A DNA stretch of 64,000 nt from Epiperipatus broadwayi (Eukaryota; Animalia; Onychophora), in contig JAQFVV010000007.1 of assembly GCA_028023455.1 (NCBI GenBank), positions 10,664,001 to 10,728,000 on the forward strand. The letters are read 5' to 3'. Below are positions 1 through 11,879 of the stretch, piece after piece. Position numbers and translations under genes: made by a program. The notes beneath the pieces were generated by a model that saw only the letters and a list, made by a program, of their open reading frames with translations, searched no databases and had not been told where the DNA came from. How positions within the stretch are numbered: position 1 is the first letter of the stretch; the number at the start of each line of letters is the position of its first letter.

Positions 1-75
1 AAATAGAATGTATTTTTGCTTTTATTAATTGCTATTTGTTTAAATACCATATACTATATATACTTAAGTTAGATG

Positions 76-183
76 TAATTAGAGGGAATTTGAATTCAGA
101 CTTTCAAGTTCCCTTAAGTCATCCACTCCATCTTTGATGACTAAAGTGAGCTTGAAAGTCTGGGTTTAAATCCCCTCTAATTA
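76..183. repeat. Short imperfect palindrome (MITE-like hairpin)
   Basis: Left arm taattagagggaatttgaattcagactttcaagttcccttaagtcatc (76-123) is the approximate reverse complement of 136-183; 12-nt loop. Confidence 0.8.
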
Positions 184-1689
184 TAATTGCTGTTTGATAA
201 CTAATATCTGGAATAGGAACTTTGCTCTTTTTTTAATCAATGTTTTCATGTAATGACAATTGGGAAAACGCAATTTTTTTAAATATATCCAACACTAATA
301 CCCACCATAAAAATATATAAAGTAATATTTCTTTTATTATCTTTCTGTAATAAATATTTACATGTTAATTTCAGAAAATAAAAAAGAAACAGAATATTTT
401 GCTGCTTATCCTCAATGAAACAGTAAAAATATTATCCTAAATATAATAGTAAAAGACGAAAAATTTATTTGCTCTTAAAAGAAAACAGAATAGATAAATA
501 TACCACACTCAAATGATTAGTGATACTGCTGAGCAAGTAGCTGTTGTTATACACATTGATAAAAGCAAATAAATCTCAGGGGAGTCACAATTGAAATTTG
601 TCGATTTTTCTGACACTGCTATAATTAGTAGCGTCTTTAAATAGAATTTCAAGCATCTGTTAAAATAATTCTCTTTAAGAAATGGTTTAATTAGCTATAT
701 TTACATAATAATTATGCAAAATATTAAATGATTATTATATTATTGATATTTACAAGCACAAATTTAGTAATTAATTTTCATATTTGGGGGGAGGGGTGCT
801 GCAGACACCACTGATTATAATACTAAATTTAAATGTAAGTAGCCTATAGTGTAGCAATTTGTAGATTTATCTCCATCGCCCATAATTTGAGGTAAAAATC
901 TTCAAGTGTAGATAATTTTATCAAATAGTTGAACGTTTTTTTAAATCTAGTGTAGAATACATATTTTTTTGGTAAATATCCAATAAGAAACTTTAATTAT
1001 GTATCTAATATTTATCAGTAAATGGATATCTCAGCTGGAAATTAATAGTTCCAGTTTAGTTTGGGCAGATGGAAGAATAACGCATTGACTGTAAAAAAAA
1101 AAAAAAAATTCGTTCGACCTATGGTTTTGCAAATCATTTTTAATATTTTCATTTCTGATATACAGTGATATATATAAATATATATTTGAAGTTTATTGTT
1201 TTGTAAAATTCTTGTGTATTTTAATTTCTAATGCAGCAATATTGAATCAATCAAGTGTTAATGTTTCTTCATAATGACTTTTTGATTTTTGTTATTAATG
1301 CATTAGATTTACTGCATCTTCAACATCGAAAGGTCAAACATATTCTGAGAATACAAAATATACTTTGATTAAAATCTTAATGAATTTCATTAATAGAAAT
1401 AGTAATCCTTTGGTAATCACCAAGTTTTTTTAGTCATATTTCTCTCCTTGTTAGGATGAAAAAGTGAGAGAACATATTGTTAATAACCTATATAAAAAAT
1501 AGGCTCAGAATCTTGTAACAATGACAGATAATACTATCAAGTTGTGTACTATGTACTCAAGCTATATATATGAATTTAATAATGGTGAGTTATACAATAA
1601 ATATTAAATACTAAAAAGACTAAATCCATGTTTAATATAATAAATTCATTCATAATCATTCTGCAGATGGCACTGCTTTTGTCAAAGCC

Positions 1690-1830
1690 ATTTTGTGTTA
1701 TGGCATTAAGAGATTCCCGATAGTTAAAGTTATTTCTCACAAATATTTACAGTTCTGCAATAGTCCAGCAGGAAGGATTGCTTTAATATTGCCTGTATTC
1801 ATTTCCCTTGTATAGAAATGTATAAATGTT
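1690..1830 (-). pseudogene. Possible highly decayed Penelope-like RT fragment
   Basis: Minus-strand translation FLYKGNEYRQY*SNPSCWTIAEL resembles the PLE RT motif F.Y.G..Y.Q..G.PMGS..S..IAEL; interrupted by stops. Confidence 0.3.
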
Positions 1831-2337
1831 AATGTAATTTTATCCATCTATAAAAAAAGGTATATTTATTGCTAAATAGTGTTCATTCTAACAAGGGAAA
1901 ATTGCTTATATTTTATAAATGATTATTACAATTTGTTTTTGCAATAAACACACTTGCATGCAATATCTAATAATTTTATGTATTCTCAGAAATATTTTTT
2001 TGTTCCATTGAATGTATGTGCAATAAGAATAACATATATCTTCTTTTTCCATTTTTCTTTTTAAAGACCTTTTTTTTTACATAAAGACTAATCATATTTT
2101 TTTTTGTCTCTACATTATTGTAAAGATTATTAGAAATGTATACCAAATAGGTCTATTTAGCAATCATTATACTTTTAAATAATCATCATATCAATTAAAC
2201 TTAATGGTATGCCAAGGTTCCAAATTGTTGGTTGATATAATGAAAGAAAGCTTTTGTTATAATTATAACCAGATTGTAATTTTAGTTCATGAAGTAGGCA
2301 GGGAGATTCATTAATCACATGTACGCTTGTGCAAAAA

Positions 2338-4218
2338 TCATCATCATCATCATCATCAACCATTATCAATCCACTGCAGGATGAAGGTCTCTCCAAGTTC
2401 AATCCATCTTTTCCTATCTTTAGCTTCTCTTCTCCACATCACCCCTGCACACTTTCTTATTTCATCCACCCAGCTCACATGTGGTCTCTTTCTGGGTCTT
2501 TTACAATCTCTTTGAATCCAGTTTAAAATTTCAATTGTCCATCTGTTATCATCTCTTCTAAGAATATGTCCAGCCCAACTCCACTTCAGTCTTTTAATTT
2601 TTTCAATGAGGTCAGTAACACCTGTTTGTTCTCTTACCCATACATTGCATTTTCGATCTGTTCTTGTTACTCCCAACATGCATCTCTCCATACTTCTTTG
2701 AGTGGTCTGAAGTCTCTGTATTGCTCTTCTATTAAGTGTCCAAGTCTCAAATTCATAAGAAAGAACTGGCAAAACACATTTATTAAAAACCTTCCTTTTC
2801 AAACACATAGGCATATTTCCTTTTAGTATCAAGTTATTTCTACCAAACGCACTCCAACCAAGTTTAATTTTATGATTAATTTCATCCATTATATTTCCAT
2901 CTGTATTAATAATCTGACCAAGGTATTTGTAACTGTTAACTTCTTCTAACTCATCATAATCAATCTTTATTTTTATATTTTGAGAAAATCTATTAAACAT
3001 TACTTTAGTCTTTTTAACATTTATCTTTAGTCCTACTTTCCTACTTTCATCTGCTAACTCCTGCAACATTTCCTGTAGCTCTAAAGCATTATTTGCAAAA
3101 ACAACTATATCATCTGCAAAATCTAAATGACTTAAATAATCTCCATTTACTTTCACTTCTTTAGCTTCCCACTTTAATCCACAAAATACTTCTTGCAGCA
3201 CTGCTATAAAAAGTTTTGGAGATATGGAGTCACCCTGTCTTACACCCTTTTCAATGTTGATTTTTCTACTATCATTATGTAATCTAATTGTTGCTGTTGC
3301 ATTTTTATAAATATTCTTCAAAATATGACAATATCCTGGATCTACACCTTGATAAGCCAATGCTTCAATCACTGAAGAAATGTTTATAGAATCAAATGCA
3401 AGCATAATGGCAACTCATATTCATTTGTCCTCTCTATAATTTCTCTCAATACCTGGATATGATCTACTATACTAAAACCACTTTTAAATCCAGCTTGTTC
3501 TCTTGGTTGGTGGAAATCCAGTGTTTTCTGTAGACGAGTTGTAATTATATTAGTAAAAATTTGGTATAAAACTGATAGGTCTGTAATTTCTAATATCTTC
3601 TTTATCACCTTTTTTAAATATTAATATTAATACTGCATTCTTCCAATCATCTGGTACATCTTTATCATTTAGACATTTGTTATATTGTTAAAAAAAATTC
3701 TATTTTTTCACATGCTTCTTTTAATATATCAATTATAATTCCATCATTACCTGGAGCCATCCCTTTCTTCATAAATTTAATTACATGTCTCACTTACTCA
3801 TTCAAAATTCTGGGCAATTTGGAAGATATAATAGGTATAGGAGACACTTGTTCTTTATTACAATATAATTCTTGATAGAAGTCTTCTACACATTTTATGA
3901 TGTCATCTCTCTTTTTAGTAATAATGCCATCTTTTTTCCTTATTGCAGATATAAATTTCCTACCAATACCAAAATGTTGTTTTACACTCTTTAAACTTTT
4001 ATTCTCTTCTACAGCTTTCCTTGTTAGTTCACAATTATACTTTCTTATATCATTTTCAACTCTTTTCTGCACCATTTTACAAAATTCGAGATATTCAATC
4101 TTTTTTAATGCATCATTGTTGTATAACTTCATATTCCTTATTTTCTTCATAAATTGTCTAGTCTCAGTAGAAATTTTTCTGGTCAAATGCTGCCTTTTTT
4201 ACCAGCTATCTTTGTTGC
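2338..4218 (-). mobile_element. 5'-truncated, disabled RTE-clade LINE
   Basis: Tail (TGA)7 at 2338-2358; RT ORF pieces 2356-3405, 3384-3608, 3794-4186; high similarity to the copy at 15545-17949; small internal deletions cause frameshifts. Confidence 0.95.
2356..3405 (-). pseudogene. RTE reverse transcriptase C-terminal open frame (349 aa)
   Basis: Motifs AFDSI, GVRQGDSISPKLF, HLDFADD, KINVKKTK, VLPVLSY..ETW, KWSWAGHI..R.D.RW; separated from the upstream RT by a frameshifting deletion. Confidence 0.92.
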
Positions 4219-4515
4219 AGCTAGTAAAAAAAAGCAGCATTTGACCAGTAAAATTTCTACTGAGACTAGAGAATTTATGAAGAAAAGAAGGAATATGAGT
4301 TTATACAACAATGATGCATTAAAAAAGATTGAATATCTCGAATTTTGTAAAATGGTGTGGAAAAGAGTTGAAAATGATATAAAAAAGTATAATTGTGAAC
4401 TAGCAAAGAAAGCTGTAGAAGAGAATAAAAGTCTAAAGAGTGTAAAACAACAGTTTGGTATTGGTAGGAAATTTATATCTACAATAAGGAAAAAAGATGG
4501 CATTATTACTAAAAA
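4219..4515 (+). repeat. Inverted duplication of the 5' end of the truncated RTE copy (fold-back arm)
   Basis: 4219-4515 is the reverse complement of 3912-4207 with roughly 16 differences by eye; 11-nt loop atctttgttgc (4208-4218). Confidence 0.95.
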
Positions 4516-5289
4516 TATAATATGTTAAATGACTGCAAAGTTTATTAGAAACAATGTGCACCTTTTTCTCTCCTCATAATAATGAAAAAATTGTAATAGC
4601 ATTGCTGATGTCAAATATGAGTTTACTAGCATTCACAAACAAGGTATGAAATGCTAACAATACAACAAACTCACACTTGATTCTTCAATTATAATTTTTT
4701 TTTACTGTTTGACTTCATATTTATATTTTAACACTTATTCATAATCAAACCAAACTACTTTAAAAAACTTGATCACTATTGTTTCTGAACTTATAATTCT
4801 CAGATAGTCTAAGCAGAGTAAATAATTACACTATTATATTTGAAGATATTTAAATAGTTTTTTTTGGATGTCTGTTAGTTAAAGACAGGGAAATCTTTAG
4901 TCAGTGAAAGTATATGCATGTTTGATTTGCAATGCTTATGTAAGAGAAAAAAACTTATCACAATATTTAAAAAAAGCCATATAAAATTTTTGTCTCATTT
5001 TTGTATCATTATAAGTGATGATTAGTTAATTAAAGTGAATATATATATATATATATATTGAAATTATATATCTATAAATCTCCAATGCATTGTTCTAGGC
5101 AGACTAACCTGATTACATATAGACACACAATGAACTTTCAACCTTACTTGCTTTACATACCAACAGTACAGATTTATTCATAGTTTTTATCTGTGGTGGT
5201 GAAAGATTATTGCAGATATAGTTTAAAGTTAGTTTTATTTTTCTCTCTCTCTCTTCTCTCACTCTAGAGAGAATTAAAAATATAATGAT

Positions 5290-6560
5290 TAATGAGAATG
5301 ATATTATGCTTCATTAGATGTGATAGGAATGTATTGTTTTATTGATAGAGTGGATTCTGTAAAAGTAATTGAACATGCATTAAAAAGTAAAGATGTTTCT
5401 AAATATGTGATAAAATTTGTTATTGATTTTTTAAAACCTTTTGATGATAACATTGCTGCTTTGTTTGAAGGTGGATATTATAAAATGTCTAAAGGTTGGC
5501 CTATGGGTCTGCCTGTTGTTGCACAAGTTTGCAATTTTGTATTCTCTACATATGAGAGTACTATTTTAGATATGCATGCTTTTAAAGATAGTGAAATTTA
5601 TAAAAAATATATGAATGATGATTTTGTTTGTGAAAATTCCAATACTATAAATGTTCTTGTAGAAAAGTTAAATAATTTGAATAGATTTAAATGAACTATT
5701 GAAAAGTAACAGGGCAAAAGTATTAAGTATTTTGATTCAATTATTACAAGAGATAATAGTATATTGTTATAAATCAAATCATTGGAAAAAGGGGATATAT
5801 AAATTGTAAATCAAAAGTATCAGTTATGCATAAGGTGACAAGTTTTAAATCTTTTTTGTTTCATAATGAAAAATTATGTCATTATTAGTGTAATATAAAA
5901 AAATATTGAGATATTTGCCAAGGAATTGTTTGAAGTTGGTTATGAGAATGAATGAATTAACAATACTTTATGTCAATTTAAAAAGAGTTATAATCGCTTA
6001 AAGGAGTTCAGGTGAAATTTTTTTATATACATAAAGTTGGGTTTAATGTTTTATTTCATGTTACAAATAACATCAATAAATTAGTGAATAATTCTAAAAG
6101 TGTTATACATATCAAGCAGAAAGATAATGTTAGGTATTAAAGTTTTTGTGGATGTATGTTATTATATATAGGTGAATCGAAGTGCAGTATTGAAAAAAGA
6201 TTTAAGGAGCATGAATTGTTATACAAGTGTGTGAAATGTAAAAATAATAGTTATTTAATGACTGCTTCAGTTTTCTTGAATCATAAAAAGACATGTAAAT
6301 ATAAATTTAAGTTTGTTATTAAAAGTGTTAAGATTCTTCACGAGGAGTGAAAACGTAGTAAAAGAAAAATTAAAGAGGCAATTTTAATAAATAGAAATAA
6401 AATAAATATAATTAATAGATAAGCTGCTAACAATAAAATTCAAGATTCATGGGATTTGAGATGATGTTCAATTCCATTACATTTTTTTTTTTTAGTTTAA
6501 CAGCTGTTAAGAAGGGTTAAGAAATTAACCGAAAGTACTTCTGCAGATTAAAAAGACTTT
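5290..6560 (+). mobile_element. Degenerate Penelope-like element (RT plus GIY-YIG endonuclease)
   Basis: SLDVIGMY (motif A), FEGGYYKMSKGWPMGLP (motif B), YKKYMNDDF (motif C), FK*TIEK*QGKSIKYFDSII, then NVRY*SFCGCMLLYIGESKCSIEKRFKEH and KILHEE*KRSKRKIKEAILI; many stops. Confidence 0.88.
6501..6543 (+). ncRNA. Degenerate hammerhead-like motif at the 3' end of the Penelope element
   Basis: CAG CTG[tt]AAGA AG GGTTAA-GAAA-TTAACC GAAA GTAC TT CTG: perfect 6-bp helix II, GAAA, palindromic AGTACT, CAG/CTG helix I; core carries a 2-nt insertion; ATTAAA at 6547-6552. Confidence 0.45.
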
Positions 6561-7063
6561 ATATAAGAGTTATTTACCATTATATTTATTATTTTTTATT
6601 GTTATTACAATCATTTTTTAATTAATGGACAGTTTATTTGTATTATATATATGTTTTTTATAAGTTCATTCCTCATTTTAGCCCAATTGTATTGCAAACA
6701 TGCACTAAAGCAGAAAGTCAGACCAGACTTTTTTTCTGCAAATACATTTAACAAACAATTTTTATTTGCCAAGTGAGATACAGTTACTAAACACTTAAAA
6801 ATCAATGCTTATGTTGACATCTTGATACTTTCTATTGCACACACTCATAATATATATATAAATAATTTCCTTCCCACATTATTAAGAACGTTTATTTAAT
6901 ACAATCCAAGTTATTATTTATAATTGCATATAAAAATGATCCCTTTTGTGGGTGGGGATTTTTTTATTATATTTCTCCAATTAGAGATATTTACTGAATA
7001 TTACATATATACATTATCAATTCACAATTAAATCATTTGCCAAAATTAAAGTACAAATCCACT

Positions 7064-7169
7064 TTGTCAAGCATTGGTGGTCGAGTGATCAGCACAGCTG
7101 CCTTACAAGCAATTGTTTCGGGTTCTCGGGTTCGTTTTCCAGCCGATGCTTCGACACATGAAAAAAAAA
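7064..7169 (+). mobile_element. tRNA-Gly-derived short SINE / retro-pseudogene
   Basis: GCATTGGTGGTCGAGTGATCAGCACAGCTGCCTTACAAGCAATTG..GGGTTCG..CCAGCCGATGC resembles tRNA-Gly(TCC); trailer gacacatg plus poly-A; flanked by 9-bp direct repeat aaatccact (7055-7063, 7170-7178). Confidence 0.85.
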
Positions 7170-7420
7170 AAATCCACTATCAATGGCGTTCCTGTCAAGG
7201 CAGACTTTATGCACTTAATTCGTTGTATTAAAGAGTTTCGCTTTTGCCATTTGATACTTTATATATATACACATAGGTTTTAAAAACGTAAGGAAAAGTA
7301 AAATTTAACTTACAATGTATATGTTTGTTAAAAAAAACAACTTTTAATAGCTCTAATAATTATAGGTTGGACTCTTTCCAATACCTAATATTAAATATTG
7401 AATGTCTTTAGAAAAATTTA

Positions 7421-7640
7421 AACTTTATTTAAACTTTTCAAATGCATTTAGCAAGTAATAAAAACACACAGGTTAGTATACAACACAAAGTTTCGAGTCA
7501 TATTATTCTTCCCTTTTCTTTGGGTGCTGCTGGTCTGACTAGCATGGAAATCGCGTGATAATGCTAGCATTGAAACCGAGCCTGGATATTTAGATCCGTG
7601 AATATTCAATTTTTAGGTAATGCTGTGACCACTTCAGCCT
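7421..7640 (-). mobile_element. Single-arm copy of tRNA-head/hammerhead-tail repeat family
   Basis: Minus strand: AGGCTGAAGTGG (A-box-like), AGGCTCGGTTTC (B-box-like), catgctag, ccagcagcac, decayed hammerhead, tttaaataaagtt; aligns to 11120-11575 and 45296-45733. Confidence 0.75.
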
Positions 7641-7713
7641 TTTTTATAAACCTCTCATATTAAGTTATTGTTCTCCAGACTATAAACCTATTTACTGATC
7701 AATATTGGATGGT

Positions 7714-7778
7714 TGATTGAGTTGGATTTGAATCCAGGTCATGTGCGTGGCAAGTAGATGTAATACCATTCTGTCATA
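7714..7778 (-). mobile_element. Decayed tRNA-Gly(GCC)-like head
   Basis: Minus strand agaatggta..cttgccacgca..gacctggattcaaatcc resembles the D-loop, GCC anticodon loop and T-loop of tRNA-Gly; too decayed to fold. Confidence 0.35.
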
Positions 7779-8721
7779 AAACATATATTTTGTTTTAAAG
7801 TTACTAATGGCATTTTATTTTCAAATGAAAAATACAGTTACAGGTGATACAACAGATAATTTGGGCCACATCCAAACCGCAAAGAAAGTTTTTTTATTAT
7901 CATTTCTACTGCCATCATATAATTATCAAATGCAGTTTACGTTCTTTTAGTTATAAAATTAAAACTGAAAAGTTCTTTCGGCTGTCAGCAAGATTGGCAA
8001 ATTCAATATTTTTATGAAAAGACTAACTAACCACCAGATGAATTATTTAACCCAATTATTAGCTTAATGGTGTAGGCTATGAAATGTACTTAAATAGGGG
8101 AATTTTTTTTTTGGATTCTGATAGTAGTTTTTATCTCTTGTTTATTAAATGGACTTCGCAATTGAGACGCGAAAATAAAATCTAATTAAGTGGAAGTAGA
8201 AGTAGAATCTAATCTATCTTTTTCATAAGTGTGAAGTTATTAAAATGATAGTTCAGAAATCATTTGCTTTTTGCAAGAAAATTCGATTTTGATTGGTCTT
8301 CTATTACCATCTATAAAGAGCGAGAGAAATAAGGAAAGAATATATCTCAGCTAAATTAGTTTTTTTTACTAAGATGTAATGAAGAATATGATCAAATTTT
8401 CAGTAATGAATAGAAACTAAAATTTAAGAATTTTATATATATATGTGAATATACACATTAGATAGAAAAAAAAATTGTCTGTTGTTTTAATAAACTTTGT
8501 TTACCACCTCGTAAATTTTATACAAGATGACTGACTACCTGTAATCCAAATATCTCTAATTGGAAAACTTCTATTATTTGGAAAAAATTAACAAATATTG
8601 ATTTAATGATCGCTGTATAAAATTTTGTAGATAGAAATAGAAGCATCTCTTCGATATTCTCAAGTATTTACATTGTTCAGAAGTATTACCAAATTCACCA
8701 CATCCTTATATAAATATAATT

Positions 8722-8912
8722 TATCCACTACTTTGAACAATTTCTAGAAAAACTTTTTATTGACCTATATTCATGCACAATCTTACATTTTGACTGTTCT
8801 GCAATCTTCTTCAGAGTGGCTCTGAAAAAAACTGCAGGATAATCACAACATAAGATTGTGCATGGATATAGGTCAATAAAAAGGTTTTTACTAAAAAATG
8901 TTCAAGTGGATA
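8722..8912. mobile_element. Fold-back element with decayed hammerhead core and AATAAA in each arm
   Basis: Arms meet at tcagag-tgg-ctctga (8811-8825); left arm read outward: CTGAAGA A GATTG-CAGAA-CAGTC AAAATGTA AGA, then caataaaaag. Confidence 0.75.
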
Positions 8913-9121
8913 CATTTTATTTATTTACATTATTATTAATAAAATAAAATAAAAATAATAGATTGATTTTATTTCTTGGGAGTTGATAAGAAGTTCAAGC
9001 ACTGTAAGAGGCAGAATTGGAATCAATATAAAGATCTTAAGATGCAGATACTGCTGTCACTACTACTGTACCAAATCATACAGTGTAATAAAATAAATTC
9101 CTACAGTACACAGAAAATGTG

Positions 9122-10170
9122 TTATCATCATCATAATTTTTGACAATCATTGATCTGCTGTAGAATGAAGCTCCAAGTTTAATCCAGTTTCTCTGATCCA
9201 TAGTCTTTTCTCCCAATGATTCTAGCACACTTCCTTATTCATCCATTCATTTTACAAGTGATCTCAGATCTTTTACAAACTCTTGGGATCTAGTTTAAGA
9301 TTTCAACTGTCCATTTACTATCATTTCTTCTAGCAATATGTCTTGCCAATGGTGTCAGTAATATATATTTGTTCTCTCACTCATCTATTTCATTTTAATT
9401 CCTTCTTGTTATTCCAAATATGATTTTTTCACATTTCAATGAGTGATCAGAAGTCTCTGTATTGTTCTTCTGTTAAATGAACAGGTTTCAGATCTATAAG
9501 TAAGAACTGGTAAAACATATTTATTAAAAATCTTCCATTTTAAATACCTAGCCATATTTACTTTGGGAATATTGTTATTTTCACCAAAAGTATTTCACCC
9601 AAGTTTAATTCTATGATTAATTTCATTCTTTATGTTTCCATCTGTATTAATAATTTGACCTAGGTAATTGTAATCGTTAACTTTTTTTTAATTCATCATT
9701 ATCAATTTTTATTTTCTACTTTTGAGAAAATTCATTGGACATTACTTTAATCTTTTTAGCATATATCTTTAGTACTACATTTTATTTTCACCTGATAACT
9801 CCTGCAGCATTTCTTGAAGTTCTGATGTATTATCTAAAAAATTCAAATGACTTAAGCAATCTCCAATTAATTTTTCTTCTTTAGCTTATCATTTTAAAAA
9901 ATCTATAAAATGCTTATTATAAAAGTGCTGGAAAATATTTTGAAAAAATAGTGTCAGTCTGTCTTATACCCTTCTCAAAAGTATTTACATCTAAATATAT
10001 ATTGATAACTATAGATAGCAAAATTAGATTTTGGAGTTGTAATGAGAGGGAAAGATTCAATATGAAATTGCAAAAAAAAACCCAAATTCATAAAATTTCT
10101 GTGAACAAGGATCTTAAATTAATATCCTTTAGCTATTCATATGCAATGCAAAAACCTCTTTTTCAACATT
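9122..10170 (-). mobile_element. Older, internally deleted RTE-clade LINE remnant
   Basis: tcatca tail at ~9123-9133 followed by sequence collinear with the RTE RT region (e.g. ccaagtttaattctatgattaatttc, cttatacccttctca) with many indels. Confidence 0.85.
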
Positions 10171-10759
10171 ATAAAGGAGCAGGAAAATAAAACATTAATT
10201 GTCAGGCTTGGAATTTGCTTGCTGGTTTTAGGTTGGGACATTTTCATATTATTGTTTTACTTATTAGGAAAGAATAGCTTCATAACCATTTAACAATCAA
10301 TGGGTTGATTATGGCCCACATCATTGAAAGTTTTGTAAACCACAGAGAAATAAATGGACAATTTTAACTTATATCAGAAAATTTTTAAATGTAAATGAAA
10401 ACTAAGAGACCACCCATAATATAAAGTAACAAATTATAATAATATCCATTACTTTGTATTAAACAGAGAGAAAATAAATTATTTAGTTTTGTGTGTGAAA
10501 TTAATTCCAAGCTTGAATCTATGTGATAGAAATGTCTGAGATAAATAAAGTAAAAAAATACAATTTATGTGATGCATATTGAGATGGATTGATCTCATAA
10601 CACACAGTGTAGTATGTGTGCACACATTTATTTAAAGCTTAAAAAGAAAAAGTAGGAATAAATATGGACAAAATGTATGCATATAATTATTTGAAAATAA
10701 AGATTAAATAATACTATTAATCAGTAGTTTGCCAGTATTATAAATTGTTTAAAATCAAA

Positions 10760-10935
10760 TCATCATCATCAACCATTATCAATCCAATGCAGGATGAAGG
10801 TCTCTCCAAGTTCAAGCCATTCATCTCACATGTGGTCTCTTTCTGGGTCTTTTACAATTTTGAAATACAGTTTAAGATTTCAATTATTCATCTATTATCA
10901 TCTCTTCTAGCAATATGTCCAGCTCAACTCCACTT
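10760..10935 (-). mobile_element. RTE 3' fragment
   Basis: catcatcatcaaccattatcaatccaatgcaggatgaagg matches the RTE 3' end; internal deletion. Confidence 0.9.
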
Positions 10936-11119
10936 TTTTTATCAAAGGTTAAATAAACTTGTGGAAATCTATAACATAGCTGAGCATTTTTAAGATTAAA
11001 AAGGTTAAACAATATAAGGCTTAGATATTGAAGAGTGAACTTATAAAAATTCAATCATAATTGGTATTGTATTATTTATCTTGTGATAATATGTTAAACT
11101 ATTTCTATCATCAATTTTA

Positions 11120-11575
11120 AACTTTATTTAAATTTTTCCAAATACAAACAACTGTTATTAATAACATGCAATGGCAACACAGGTTAGAAAATTACACAAT
11201 GTTTCAAGTAGTATTATTCTCTGCTCTTCTTCAAGTATTGATGACCTAACCACACAGTGATAATATAGAAATCCAAATTACACCCTTAGATTTTTGAATA
11301 TTGAATTTTAATTATATAAGCTATTCTGCAAAAGGTTTTGAGAGAATAGCTGAGATGGTTAGAGTACTGCCTTAAATTAATTCAATATTCAAGAATTTAA
11401 AGATGTAAGTTTGACTCATGTGTTAACACTGTCATTAATCATGCCAACAACACTTGAAGAACAATGAAGAATAATATCACTTGAAATGTTGTGTAATCTA
11501 CTAAGTTATATTGTTTTTGTATGTTATTACTAACAGTTAAAGCTTAAAATTATTTAGGCATTCAACATTTAAAGA
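11120..11575. mobile_element. Head-to-head fold-back copy of tRNA-head/hammerhead-tail family
   Basis: Centre ctattct..aaaaggtttt..agaatag (~11321-11349); right arm starts TAGCTGAGATGGTTAGAG (A box), then decayed B box and cacttgaagaa..ttgaaatgttgtg; left arm is the reverse complement, ending aactttatttaaa. Confidence 0.75.
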
Positions 11576-11879
11576 TAGATGATAGAAATAGCCAACATAT
11601 TATCACATCTAAAATACCATCATCACAAACCTTCAGAAAAATATTAGTTATCTTGTTTATAAAGTTATCTTTTTAGATTTCTAAATTAATCAATGATAAA
11701 TAACTTAATGGTTATAATTGTTTGACTTTATTGAATCATAGAGGAAATAATTTGAAATCTTAATTTCAAAAAAGCTGATGAGGCTGAATTTTGATAGAAA
11801 GCAATAGACAACTAAATTCACATCAATGAAAATCTTGACAAATAGTGAGCAAAAAAAATAGGACTAAAGGGAAAAATAA

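Noticed and set aside
2175-4528. Several short ORFs (2327, 2329, 2566, 3897, 4183 and others; likewise 15548-17964)
   Set aside because: They are antisense or alternative frames of the RTE sequence and its (TCA)n tail, not independent genes.
11776-11810. CTGATGA...GAAA string (similar case at ~31556)
   Set aside because: No helix II at 11776; no GAAA or helix I at 31556.
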